In this document: positions 1 to 8,803 of the stretch, in pieces
How positions within the stretch are numbered: the stretch's first letter is position 1
Layout of the letters: each line of letters starts with the position of its first letter
NCBI GenBank assembly: GCA_015488215.1
Contig: WFOE01000064.1
Span: forward strand, 1-63,599
Length of the DNA: 63,599 nt
Origin: Planctomycetales bacterium
GTDB lineage: Bacteria; Planctomycetota; Planctomycetia; Pirellulales; S012-138
Direction: 5' to 3'
Made by a program: the position numbers and the translations under genes
Notes under the pieces: generated by a model
What the model was told of the DNA's origin: nothing
What the model saw: the letters and a program-made list of their open reading frames with translations, nothing else
Database searches by the model: none

Positions 1-33
1 CTGCGTCTGGTCAAACAACGGATTACTACCTGC

Positions 34-1365
34 TTAAAAACACATGCAGCGGCAGGTGTTCTGGCAGCGGGACAAGCCGCCGGTCAGGATCATCGTCAGC
101 TCCTGCTCCAGCCGGCGGTAGGAAAAATGCTGCAAGGCCACCTGGTAGTTGTGTTCCACCATCCGCTGCCGGTATGCCTCGTCCTGAAGCACGTGCCGCA
201 CCTGCTGCACCACCTCATCAAGCAGAAACCCGTCCATCGCAATCGCCTGGAATCCACACGGTTCGATGTCGGTCCGATAGATGGTGTAGCGATTGCAAAA
301 GATGGGCTTGCGGTAATAGACCGCTTCCAGGAACGCGTTGCCGAAACCCTCATACGTGGAAGGATAGGTAACCAGATCGGCGTGGGAGTACACGTCCCAG
401 ATGCTGTATTGCCGGTGCCCTTCGTCGGCCACCTGGCGGCGGTGGCTGATTCGCTTGGAAGCAAAGATGACTTCCACTCCCAGCAGCCGGGCGTAGTCGC
501 GCACCCGGCGCGGATAGGCTTCTCCTTCGTCGTCTTCGCTGTGGGTGATGACCAGTTTGACCCGAGGGTCTTCCAGCCGTCGCACCAGCTCGATGCTGTG
601 TTCGATTCCCTTACGGGCCACCACGCGGGTGGGCTGCAAAAAGAGCAGGTCGTCCGGGCCCAGCCCCAGATCGGCCCGAAGCTGTTCCGTGTAGCCGTCT
701 TCCACCTTCGGCGGGTTGTCGAAGTCCATGACGTTGGGCACCACGTGGCAGCTTAGCCCCGTGCGACGGCAGAACTCCTCGGCCGCCACCGAGTTGATAA
801 CTACGTGCTTGATCTGAGCCAGGGGGGGAGGAAACGCCTGGTGCAGATAGTCCTCCACGGCGTTGAACAGGAACCGCTCGCGTTCCCAGTAGAAGTCGTG
901 GTGATGGGCCACGCAGGGGATGCCCGTTTCGATCAGCAGCTCCACCAGCGCGGCTCCCAGCGGCAGGTTCATCGGGATGGTGAGCACGTTTTCGGCGATA
1001 ATCAGGTCGAGTTTCAATCGGCTGATTGCCTCATAGAGCCGCTCCTTGATGAGCCAGGCCAGCTCGTGCATCTTGCTGCTCAGCTCGCGGGAACGCAGGT
1101 CCCGTTGGAACGCCTGCCGCGTGATTTCCAGGATAACCGGGTGCTGGAAATCCAACTCGGGAATCACCACGCTTCGTTGGGCGGGCCGGTCGCACCGGCC
1201 GGCGATGAAGTAGCACTCCAAGCCCATTCGCTCCAGCACGTCGGTCCACTTGCCAATTTCCAGGCTCACCCCGTCGGTGCCGGAGATGCGGGTGGAGATG
1301 AACCCCACCCGCCGGAAGGGAATCTTCCAGTCCGGATGACAGCAGACGGACGTGGACTCGCTCAT
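34..1365 (-). CDS. Glycosyltransferase, GT4 family (GT-B fold)
   Basis: ORF 34..1395. I prefer the ATG at 1365 (MSESTS...) because AGGAGAG lies about 5 nt upstream. The C-terminal half has the GT4-type E-x7-E region (PSTYEGFGNAFLEAVYYRKP). Substrate cannot be inferred. Confidence 0.8.
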   Translation of the reverse strand: MSESTSVCCHPDWKIPFRRVGFISTRISGTDGVSLEIGKWTDVLERMGLECYFIAGRCDRPAQRSVVIPELDFQHPVILEITRQAFQRDLRSRELSSKMHELAWLIKERLYEAISRLKLDLIIAENVLTIPMNLPLGAALVELLIETGIPCVAHHHDFYWERERFLFNAVEDYLHQAFPPPLAQIKHVVINSVAAEEFCRRTGLSCHVVPNVMDFDNPPKVEDGYTEQLRADLGLGPDDLLFLQPTRVVARKGIEHSIELVRRLEDPRVKLVITHSEDDEGEAYPRRVRDYARLLGVEVIFASKRISHRRQVADEGHRQYSIWDVYSHADLVTYPSTYEGFGNAFLEAVYYRKPIFCNRYTIYRTDIEPCGFQAIAMDGFLLDEVVQQVRHVLQDEAYRQRMVEHNYQVALQHFSYRRLEQELTMILTGGLSRCQNTCRCMCF

Positions 1366-1523
1366 CACACTCTCCTGGCCAAGTAGCTTGCGCACCCCCG
1401 GTCGGCGGAGTGCAGCCGAAACAGTTGCAGGGCCGCCGGATTCGCCCCGAACCTTCTTTTGGTTTTAGAACGCCCGCGGGAGCAACGCCAGGGTAGAGAC
1501 GGGTTTTCCTACGCAGGCATATT

Positions 1524-1943
1524 TCACCGGCCCGGGCCAGAAGATACGTGCCCGCCAGGCTTGCCGGGCGGACAGCGATAAAACGAAGGAAAACACCGCG
1601 GCGGTTTGAGCGCCGGGGGGCACTTCGGCCGGTAACACGCTCCGGTCGGACAAAGCTGTGGGAACTCCAACTGCGGCGCACACTTGCCCTGGTAACAAGG
1701 GCCCACGGGGCAAAGCCGAGGCGGTTTGACCACCGGGGCACACTTGCCCAGATACATCGGGCAACACCAACCCCGGTGCCGAGAACCGTCCCAACCGGTG
1801 GGCAACACCACGCCCCAGTCAGCAACCGCTTGGGCCGAGGCGGCTCGAGTCGCCTCCTCGGCGGCCGATGTGTCCGCCGTTGCGGCCAGCGTCGCGGCAA
1901 GGCAGGCCAGAGAGAGCAGGTAGCGGTTCCTGGGTGTTCTCAT
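1524..1943 (-). CDS. Small exported cysteine-rich repeat protein (hypothetical)
   Basis: The internal ATG at 1943 of ORF 1524..2162 gives 139 aa. The N-terminus is signal-peptide-like (MRTPRNRYLLSLACLAATLAATADT). It is followed by 3-4 copies of a CP-x-G-x-CY-x-x-KC-x-P unit. The gene starts 38 nt downstream of the OMF stop. Confidence 0.55.
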   Translation of the reverse strand: MRTPRNRYLLSLACLAATLAATADTSAAEEATRAASAQAVADWGVVLPTGWDGSRHRGWCCPMYLGKCAPVVKPPRLCPVGPCYQGKCAPQLEFPQLCPTGACYRPKCPPALKPPRCFPSFYRCPPGKPGGHVSSGPGR

Positions 1944-1980
1944 CTCAAGCGGGACCTTTCCAGGCAGTGATTGCTGCCGG

Positions 1981-3660
1981 TTACAAGCACTGGCCCAGGT
2001 CGCGAGGGACGATACGTTCGGCCACCGGCTCGTCGGTTTTTTCCTGCGGCAGCACTGGCGGGGCGAGGGCTTTTTTCGGCTCGTCGGCCGGTTCGGCTGG
2101 GGCTTGCGGCAGCCGTTGGGCTTCCGGAGGCACGTGCCCGGGCAGCCGCGTCTGCCATCCACCGCCCAGCGCTTTGTAAACGGCCACCAGTTGCAGGGCC
2201 ACGTTCCCCTGGGACTGGACCAGTTGGTCCTGCCGACCAGCCAGAATCTGCTGCATGTAAACCACCGGCTGGAAATTGACCGTGCCGCGGCGGTACTGGA
2301 TTGTGGCGATTTCCACGGCCCGTTGGGCCTGAGCGGCCGACACGGTCAGTTGTTCCAGCCGCTCTTGCTCTTTGAGAAACGCCACGATGGCGTCTTCCAC
2401 TTCCCGGGCCGCTTCCAGCACGGTTTGCTGGTACTCTAGCACGCGCTGGTAGAACCGGGCTTCTTCGGCCCGCACGCTGTTCAACAGCCGCCCGTAGTTG
2501 AGAATGTTCCACCGGAAGCTGGGACCAATCGAACCGAAAAACGACTGGCTGCGGAACAGGTCGTCCAAGTCGCGGGCGTTGTAACCCAGAAAGCCGTTGA
2601 TGGCGATGTGGGGATAGAACTCTGCTTCGGCCAACCCGATTGCGGCACTCTGCGCAGCGGCCAGACGCTCGGCCCGGCGCACGTCCGGCCGGCGGCGAAG
2701 CAGTTCGGCCGGAACTCCCACGACCACCTGACGCGGCGCCCGAGGGATGGGCCCCTCGCCGAGCAGTTCGGTCAAGTCCTGCGGCGGAATCCCCAGCAGC
2801 ACGCACAGAGCGTTGGCCGCTTGCCGCTTGCCGCTTTCCAGGGCAGGGATCAGCGCACGGGTGGCGGCCAGGTTTTCTCGGGCCTGGGCCACGTCCAGCT
2901 CGGTCACTTTGCCGTTGCGGAACTGCACGTCGGCAATCTCCAGCGTGCGCTGCTGCAACTGGACGTTTTGCCGGGCCACGACCAGCCGCTGCTGGAACAC
3001 GCGGTATTGGATGTACGCGCGGGCCACTTCGGCCTGAAGGAGCACCAGCACGTCGTCGTAGTCTTCGATGGAAGCATCCAGCAGCGCCGATTCGGCTTCG
3101 ATGGCCCGGCGGAACCGGCCCCAGAAGTCCAGCTCCCACGATGCGTTAAACCCTACGTCCCAACTGTCGAAGTCCGGCACGGCCAGCACGTTAGCCGAAG
3201 ATTGCGAAAGATTGAATCGCTCGAAGCCCCCGAAAGCCTGCTGCAACTGCGGCCAGAGATTGCCTCGAGCGATGTTGAGCCTGGCCCGCGCTTCCAGAAT
3301 CCGCATCCCCGCCGTGCGCAAAGTCAGGTTCTGCCGGCTGGCCTGATCGATCAACTGGTCCAGCAACGGGTCCTGAAACACCTGCCACCAGCGGCGATAG
3401 TCGCCGGGAGCGTTGATGATGCCCGAGTCGCTGTAGTCGATCCACTCCTGGGCCACCGGGGCCGGAGGGGTAGCGTAATCCGGACCCACGCGAAACCCCT
3501 GCCGGTACCACTGCCGCAGCGACGTGCAACCGGCGCCCAACAGGACCACCAGCAACAGAAACAGCCCGCTTGCCCTGGCGGTTTTCCGGGTTCTTCTTGC
3601 CCCGGGCTGCGGATGAACACCGGACCGATTGGCTGCCAGGTCGGATTGGGCAGTTCCCAT
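1981..3660 (-). CDS. Efflux outer-membrane factor lipoprotein (NodT/OprM-like)
   Basis: ORF 1981..3774, with ATG at 3660 (MGTAQSDL...). Lipobox-like LLGAGC follows a hydrophobic stretch. The two-repeat OEP-type helical sequence is typical of RND/ABC efflux outer-membrane subunits. It has a Pro/Ala/Glu-rich C-terminal tail. Confidence 0.85.
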   Translation of the reverse strand: MGTAQSDLAANRSGVHPQPGARRTRKTARASGLFLLLVVLLGAGCTSLRQWYRQGFRVGPDYATPPAPVAQEWIDYSDSGIINAPGDYRRWWQVFQDPLLDQLIDQASRQNLTLRTAGMRILEARARLNIARGNLWPQLQQAFGGFERFNLSQSSANVLAVPDFDSWDVGFNASWELDFWGRFRRAIEAESALLDASIEDYDDVLVLLQAEVARAYIQYRVFQQRLVVARQNVQLQQRTLEIADVQFRNGKVTELDVAQARENLAATRALIPALESGKRQAANALCVLLGIPPQDLTELLGEGPIPRAPRQVVVGVPAELLRRRPDVRRAERLAAAQSAAIGLAEAEFYPHIAINGFLGYNARDLDDLFRSQSFFGSIGPSFRWNILNYGRLLNSVRAEEARFYQRVLEYQQTVLEAAREVEDAIVAFLKEQERLEQLTVSAAQAQRAVEIATIQYRRGTVNFQPVVYMQQILAGRQDQLVQSQGNVALQLVAVYKALGGGWQTRLPGHVPPEAQRLPQAPAEPADEPKKALAPPVLPQEKTDEPVAERIVPRDLGQCL

Positions 3661-3903
3661 GATTTCGCTTCCAGCGTCGGGTCTCTGACGAGGACCTCGG
3701 CGTCGGCTCCTCCAGAGCCGTCCCTGCGCTCCAACCGGCGCATCGCGCACAGGCCGTACAACGCACAGCATCATTCCCTATCGGAACGACGCTTACAGAC
3801 GCCATAATCGCTTCGGTCCCTACAGCCCGCCCCCGGACGAAAGCAGCCCGCAGAAACCGAACAGCAGGCAAACCCCGCACGACCGGAAAAGTTCCCCTTA
3901 TAC

Positions 3904-3935
3904 AAAAAACCGGCAGCCCAGGGGAACTGCCGGTT
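3904..3935 (-). terminator. Rho-independent terminator downstream of the YTV-like gene
   Basis: On the minus strand: AACCGGCAG - loop - CTGCCGGTT followed by TTTTTTG. It lies about 50 nt after the stop at 3986. Confidence 0.7.
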
Positions 3936-3985
3936 CCTGGTTGCTTCGGCACAGGACATGCCGGAACCGCAAAGCTACCTTGAGC

Positions 3986-4702
3986 TCAATGGCAGCAGGG
4001 CACGCGGACGGGCACCATCACGGTGGTCTTGTATGGCACCCATTCCACCTTGGTCACGGGCACCTTGCGGGTTACTTGTACCGGTTCCACGATGCGACGG
4101 GTAACCGGCACTTTGACTTTCTTTTCTTCGTACACCACGCGGCAAACCGGTACCTTGTAGCTCACGGTTTGGGTTTCGGTTTTGAAGCGGCACACGCGGG
4201 TTTCGATTTCCCGGGTGCGCTGCACCGGTTTGTAGCGCACGCAGGTAACCTCTTTTTCCACCGGCTTGGAAACCCACACGCGGCGGCAGACCACCCGACC
4301 GCAAGGGTCGCAGCACTTTTGCACTTCCCAGTGGCCGCAGTCGACCACCACCTTACGCGTCTCTTTCACCGGCACGTATTCCACATAGTGGCAAGTGCGC
4401 TTCACGGTTTCCCAAACCGGCTTGCACACGGTGCGGGTGTACTGGCGCGTTTGGGTTTCCACCACACGGCGGGGCACGGTGACTACTTTTTCGACCATCT
4501 TCGTTTCGTACCGGCAGCGGTATTCGGTGACGGTAACCTCCTTCCATTCCGTGTGGCACACCCGGCGGTAACAGGTCACTTCCTTCGGGCAGTACTGCAC
4601 GCAGTACGACCGGCAACAACGATGTCCGGCTTGGGCCTCCTGGGGCACGGTGCCGACGGCCATCAGCACTGCAACAAGGGAAAACGATGCGGTTCGGAAC
4701 AT
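3986..4702 (-). CDS. Exported cysteine-rich repeat protein, YTV-domain-like
   Basis: 238 aa. ATG at 4702 is preceded by AAGGAGGG. Signal peptide MFRTASFSLVAVLMAVGTVPQEAQA. The rest is repetitive Val/Thr/Lys/Glu/Arg-rich strands punctuated by Cys (YTRTVC, YKVPVC, VTCVRY). From memory, this resembles the YTV family described from Rhodopirellula. Confidence 0.75.
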   Translation of the reverse strand: MFRTASFSLVAVLMAVGTVPQEAQAGHRCCRSYCVQYCPKEVTCYRRVCHTEWKEVTVTEYRCRYETKMVEKVVTVPRRVVETQTRQYTRTVCKPVWETVKRTCHYVEYVPVKETRKVVVDCGHWEVQKCCDPCGRVVCRRVWVSKPVEKEVTCVRYKPVQRTREIETRVCRFKTETQTVSYKVPVCRVVYEEKKVKVPVTRRIVEPVQVTRKVPVTKVEWVPYKTTVMVPVRVPCCH

Positions 4703-4744
4703 GAAGCCAATCCCTCCTTCGAGCGCATGAGTGCGAACCCCCTG

Positions 4745-4756
4745 GAATAGCTATTC
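4745..4756. promoter_or_regulatory. Perfect 12-bp palindrome GAATAGCTATTC in a divergent promoter region
   Basis: Read directly from the sequence. GAATAG recurs twice more within 170 bp (AGGAATAGCAATAG, GGAGGAATAGACG). Confidence 0.2.
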
Positions 4757-4813
4757 TGGCACCGTGTGTTAGGAATAGCAATAGTCTGCCGATTTTGGTG
4801 GATGGGGTATTTG

Positions 4814-4831
4814 GTGAAAATAGTGAAAATA
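4814..4831. repeat. Tandem direct repeat 2 x GTGAAAATA
   Basis: Read directly. It sits in the locally AT-richer gap between the divergent genes at 4702 and 5068. Confidence 0.3.
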
Positions 4832-5067
4832 CGCCAGCATCCCACTCTGCTACCAACCGCGAGCTCAGCCACGCTGTGAAAACAGGAAGCCTGGGGCATC
4901 CAGGTCGGAGGAATAGACGCAGGTGAGCGAAAAAATTGGCTTTCGCTCGCAGGACTGGCCGAAAAACTGGGATGGCCCTGAAATAGGCCCCTGAGTAAAG
5001 TACGCGGTTGCGTTCCGACCGCCGGGAGGGCGGCCGGCACCTTGTGTCACTTCATGGGGTTCAGGAT

Positions 5068-6891
5068 ATGGATGTCCGTTCAATCCGAGGGCGCCCCCGA
5101 GACGGAACTTCCTTGGGGCCGGCGGCAATTCTGCTGCTGGGAATCTGGCTGCTAGGAACCGGCTGGCCCGCGGCAGCGGCCGAACCCGACACTCCCTGCC
5201 CCGCTGACCCCCAAGAACAGCCCCGACCGGGGCCCACGCTAGAACAGTTACGCGACCGCTTTCTGAACCACCCGGATTATTACCACCGCCAAGAAGCTCT
5301 CCGATACCTTCAGCACCTCGACGCCACTTCTTGGCCGGTTCGGCGACTTGGCACCTCGCAGCCTTCTGGAAGCTGGAACACGTACTCTCGCCCCGGGCTG
5401 TTCGTCCTTACTCAGCATCTACGCTACGGCAGTCCCGTCTCCGACACTTGGCGCGAACTCGGCTTGGAACACAGTCCGACCTGGTCCTGGCTGGAATCGC
5501 CCTCTTACCACCGCCGCCAACAGGCCTACGAACACTTGCTGGAAGCGGCCCAGGAAGCGGCCACGGCTCGCGCGGTGATGGTCCAGTGCCTGGAACGATT
5601 GGCCCAACCTGAGCTGAGGCCCCAATCGCGCCACCTGCTCGTGGTGTTGTATCGCAAGGCCCGACTCACCTGGCTGGCGACCGAACCGGACGGCACTCAG
5701 GTGCCGGCCATTTCCGCCAAACAAGCCCAACGCCTGGTGGAGCGGATGCTGGACGGCCGGCGGTCGTTCGTGGAACGGGCTGCCGCGCATCGCCAGTTGG
5801 TCGATGCGATGATGCGGGACGAAAACGTGCCGTTCATCCGCGAAGCGCTGGCCCCCTGGCTGGAAAAAGACCTGCGGGACCACTACCGTACCCGAGCCGC
5901 CGAGGAGCTGTGGCTGTGGTGCCAGCCGGGCGTGGTGGCCGAAGTGTGGCAGTCGCGCAAACTGGTTACCGTGCAGCATCTTGCCCTGGGAGTGCCTCAG
6001 TATCCGGCCGGAGCGATGACGGCCACGCTGTTCGACCGGGCCGACCACCGGCGAGCCCACTGCGTGCAGGGAAACTCGCTGGTGGAGGGAGAGTACCCTT
6101 GCCACCAGGCCATCGCCCATCCGCAGGGGATTCCCGGCGTGATGTTCCACCTGGTCTACGTGCCCACGCCGCGCAAGCGATTTCAGTACCAGGCGAGGCT
6201 GGTTCGTACTTCGTCGCAGGAATACCTGGCCCGCATCACCCGACAGACCTGCCGTTGCTGGATCGACCAGAAGCACTATCTGGAAGGGCATCAGTGGCTC
6301 TTGCTGGCCGAGTTGGAGCCCCAGGCGTTGAGCCAGTCTCTGGCCGAGTACCTGCTGGCCGTGCCCGACCGCCCCCTGCGGCGAGAAGAAGGTCCACAAG
6401 CTCTGGAAGCGGCAAGCCACCACGGCAAGTTGTGCCGCTGGCTGGCTGGTTCGGGGACGCGGGAAGTGCTGCCCGCGTTGATGCAGGCCGTGCGTCAGAA
6501 CCGCTTCTTGCCGCCGGACCCTCAACGGGCTCCGTACCACTGGCCCTGGATCGCTCTGCTGGCCATTGCTTCCCGGAACACTTCGGTGGAGCTGGAGCCG
6601 CTGCTGGTCAATTGGGTCGAGGTGCGCCAGAAGCTCATCCACCGCGACCAGACAGTAACGCGGCAGGAGGTTCCCGAAGTGGGGGCCAGCGCGGCGGCGT
6701 TACTGCTGGACCGGCACCACATTCCCTACCGCCACTTCGGGCTGGTCGAGGTGCGCGACCGCCAGCTTTACAACGTGGGCTGCCCTGCCTACCGCTTCCG
6801 CAGCGAAGAAGACCGCCAGCGCCTGCTCCAGTGGTGCCGCCAGTTGCCAGTGCGGACCGCCAGCACAAGCTCTCAGGTGGCCGAACGCTGA
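5068..6891 (+). CDS. Hypothetical exported protein (no recognisable domain)
   Basis: ORF 5008..6891. ATG at 5068 gives MDVRSIRGR...AAILLLGIWLLGTGWPAAAAEP, which is signal-like. Codon usage matches the neighbouring genes. I recognise no family motif. Confidence 0.6.
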   Translation: MDVRSIRGRPRDGTSLGPAAILLLGIWLLGTGWPAAAAEPDTPCPADPQEQPRPGPTLEQLRDRFLNHPDYYHRQEALRYLQHLDATSWPVRRLGTSQPSGSWNTYSRPGLFVLTQHLRYGSPVSDTWRELGLEHSPTWSWLESPSYHRRQQAYEHLLEAAQEAATARAVMVQCLERLAQPELRPQSRHLLVVLYRKARLTWLATEPDGTQVPAISAKQAQRLVERMLDGRRSFVERAAAHRQLVDAMMRDENVPFIREALAPWLEKDLRDHYRTRAAEELWLWCQPGVVAEVWQSRKLVTVQHLALGVPQYPAGAMTATLFDRADHRRAHCVQGNSLVEGEYPCHQAIAHPQGIPGVMFHLVYVPTPRKRFQYQARLVRTSSQEYLARITRQTCRCWIDQKHYLEGHQWLLLAELEPQALSQSLAEYLLAVPDRPLRREEGPQALEAASHHGKLCRWLAGSGTREVLPALMQAVRQNRFLPPDPQRAPYHWPWIALLAIASRNTSVELEPLLVNWVEVRQKLIHRDQTVTRQEVPEVGASAAALLLDRHHIPYRHFGLVEVRDRQLYNVGCPAYRFRSEEDRQRLLQWCRQLPVRTASTSSQVAER

Positions 6892-7044
6892 GTGGGGAAA
6901 CTTTCAAGGAACCCTATGTTGCCTGCCGGCCAGCTACCGACCTTGGGCAAAGGGCGTGTAGGTTCATAGCCCTCAGGGCAGGAGGGAAACTAGCGCTCCA
7001 GAACAAGAACAACTCTTGAAAACAACCAGCCGGGAGGGTCTGGT

Positions 7045-8580
7045 TCAGCCCCAGAACTGCCGGTCCAGGATGCGGTAGTTGATCGCTTCGGCCAGATGGG
7101 CCGCGCGGATGGTTTCGCTCTGGTCCAGGTCGGCGATGGTGCGGGCCACGCGGAGGATTTTGTCGTGGGCCCGGGCCGAAAGCCCCAACTGGTTCATCGC
7201 CGCCTGCAACAATCGGGCGGCCTGCTCCTCCAGCGGGCAGAACTTGCGCACCTGCCGCGGCGTCATCTGGGCGTTGTAGCGTACGGACGAACCAGCGAAC
7301 CGGCGGGCTTGCCACTGGCGGGCCGCAAGCACCTGCCGGCGAAGCTCGTCGCTGCCGGTGCCCGGGCTGCGCGAAGCTAACTCCTGGAACGGAACCGCAG
7401 GCACCTCCACGTGGATGTCGATCCTGTCCAACAGTGGCCCGCTGATGCGGTTCACATAGCGTTCCACCTGCACCGTGGAGCAGTGGCACGCGCGGCGCGG
7501 GTCGTTGCGATAGCCGCACGGGCAGGGGTTCATCGCCGCCACCAGCATGAAGCTGGCCGGAAACGTGGTGACCGCATGGGCCCGGGAGATGGTCACCTGC
7601 CGGTCTTCCAGCGGCTGGCGCAACACTTCCAGCGTGCGGCGGTTGAACTCCGGCAGCTCGTCCAGAAAGAGCACGCCGTTATGGGCCAGCGAGATTTCGC
7701 CCGGAGCGGGCTGCGAGCCGCCGCCGACCAGGCCCGCGTCGCTAATCGTATGGTGGGGCGAACGGAACGGGCGGGTCGTCACCAGCGGGCGGTCCGAAGG
7801 CAAAAGCCCCATCGCGCTATAGACGCGGGTGGTTTCCAGTGCTTCCTCGGGCGTAAGCGGCGGAAGGATCGTCGGCAGCCGTTTGGCCAGCATCGTCTTC
7901 CCCGAGCCGGGCGGCCCAATCATCAGCAGGTTGTGCGCCCCGGCGGCCGCCAGCAGCATAGCCCGCTTGGCCATCTCCTGGCCCCGCACGTCGGCAAAGT
8001 CCACCTCGTAGCGGCCAAGCTGATCGAAAAGCTCCTCCACGCGGCAGGGGACCGGCTCCAGCTCCAGCGTGCCTTGCAGGAAGGCGATCGCCTGGGTGAG
8101 CGAGCCCACTTCGATTACTTCCACCCCCTCGACCACGGCCGCCTCGGGCCCGTTGCCCCGAGGAACGATTAGCCCCCGCAGCCCTTGCCGCTTGGCGGAC
8201 ATGGCCATGGAAAGCACGCCTCGGGCCGGTCGGGTGCTACCGTCCAGGGCCAGCTCGCCCACCACGGCGAAGCGGTCCATGCGCTCCGGATGAATCTGCC
8301 CGCTGGCGGCCAGGATGCCAAGGGTGATGGGCAGATCGAACGAGGCGGCCTGCTTGGGCAGTTCGGCCGGAGCCAGGTTGATGACCACGCGGCCCAACAC
8401 CCGCTCAAAACCGCTGTTGACCAGAGCTCGTTCCACGCGATGGGTGCTTTCCCGAACCGTGGCTTCCGGCAGCCCCACCAACACGGTCTTGGGCAGCCCG
8501 GCCTGGGAAACGTCCACTTCCACTTCGACCGGTACCGCGTCGATGCCCAAGAGCGAAAACGTGTGCAGCCGAGCCAGCAT
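7045..8580 (-). CDS. comM: YifB/ComM-family Mg-chelatase-like AAA+ ATPase
   Basis: 511 aa. Typical N-terminus MLARLHTFSLLGIDAVPVEVEVD, Walker A GPPGSGKT, and a ChlI-like core with a C-terminal helical domain. Confidence 0.9.
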   Translation of the reverse strand: MLARLHTFSLLGIDAVPVEVEVDVSQAGLPKTVLVGLPEATVRESTHRVERALVNSGFERVLGRVVINLAPAELPKQAASFDLPITLGILAASGQIHPERMDRFAVVGELALDGSTRPARGVLSMAMSAKRQGLRGLIVPRGNGPEAAVVEGVEVIEVGSLTQAIAFLQGTLELEPVPCRVEELFDQLGRYEVDFADVRGQEMAKRAMLLAAAGAHNLLMIGPPGSGKTMLAKRLPTILPPLTPEEALETTRVYSAMGLLPSDRPLVTTRPFRSPHHTISDAGLVGGGSQPAPGEISLAHNGVLFLDELPEFNRRTLEVLRQPLEDRQVTISRAHAVTTFPASFMLVAAMNPCPCGYRNDPRRACHCSTVQVERYVNRISGPLLDRIDIHVEVPAVPFQELASRSPGTGSDELRRQVLAARQWQARRFAGSSVRYNAQMTPRQVRKFCPLEEQAARLLQAAMNQLGLSARAHDKILRVARTIADLDQSETIRAAHLAEAINYRILDRQFWG

Positions 8581-8803
8581 CGAAGTGTCCCCGTTGCCAC
8601 TTTTGCCCGAGTACCCCCAAGACGAGCGCCCCTATTGTGCGGGGGCGGCCACCGGGGTGCAAACGTTTTTCGGTCCCCGGCGGCGCGGAACCGCAGGGCG
8701 TGCCCGCCGGGAAACGTGGTACAATTGGAAAAGCAGCATCGGCCCGAGGGTGGGCCGCAAACGAAGCCGAAAAGCCCCTTGCCCTTTTCACGCAGGTGAT
8801 ACG

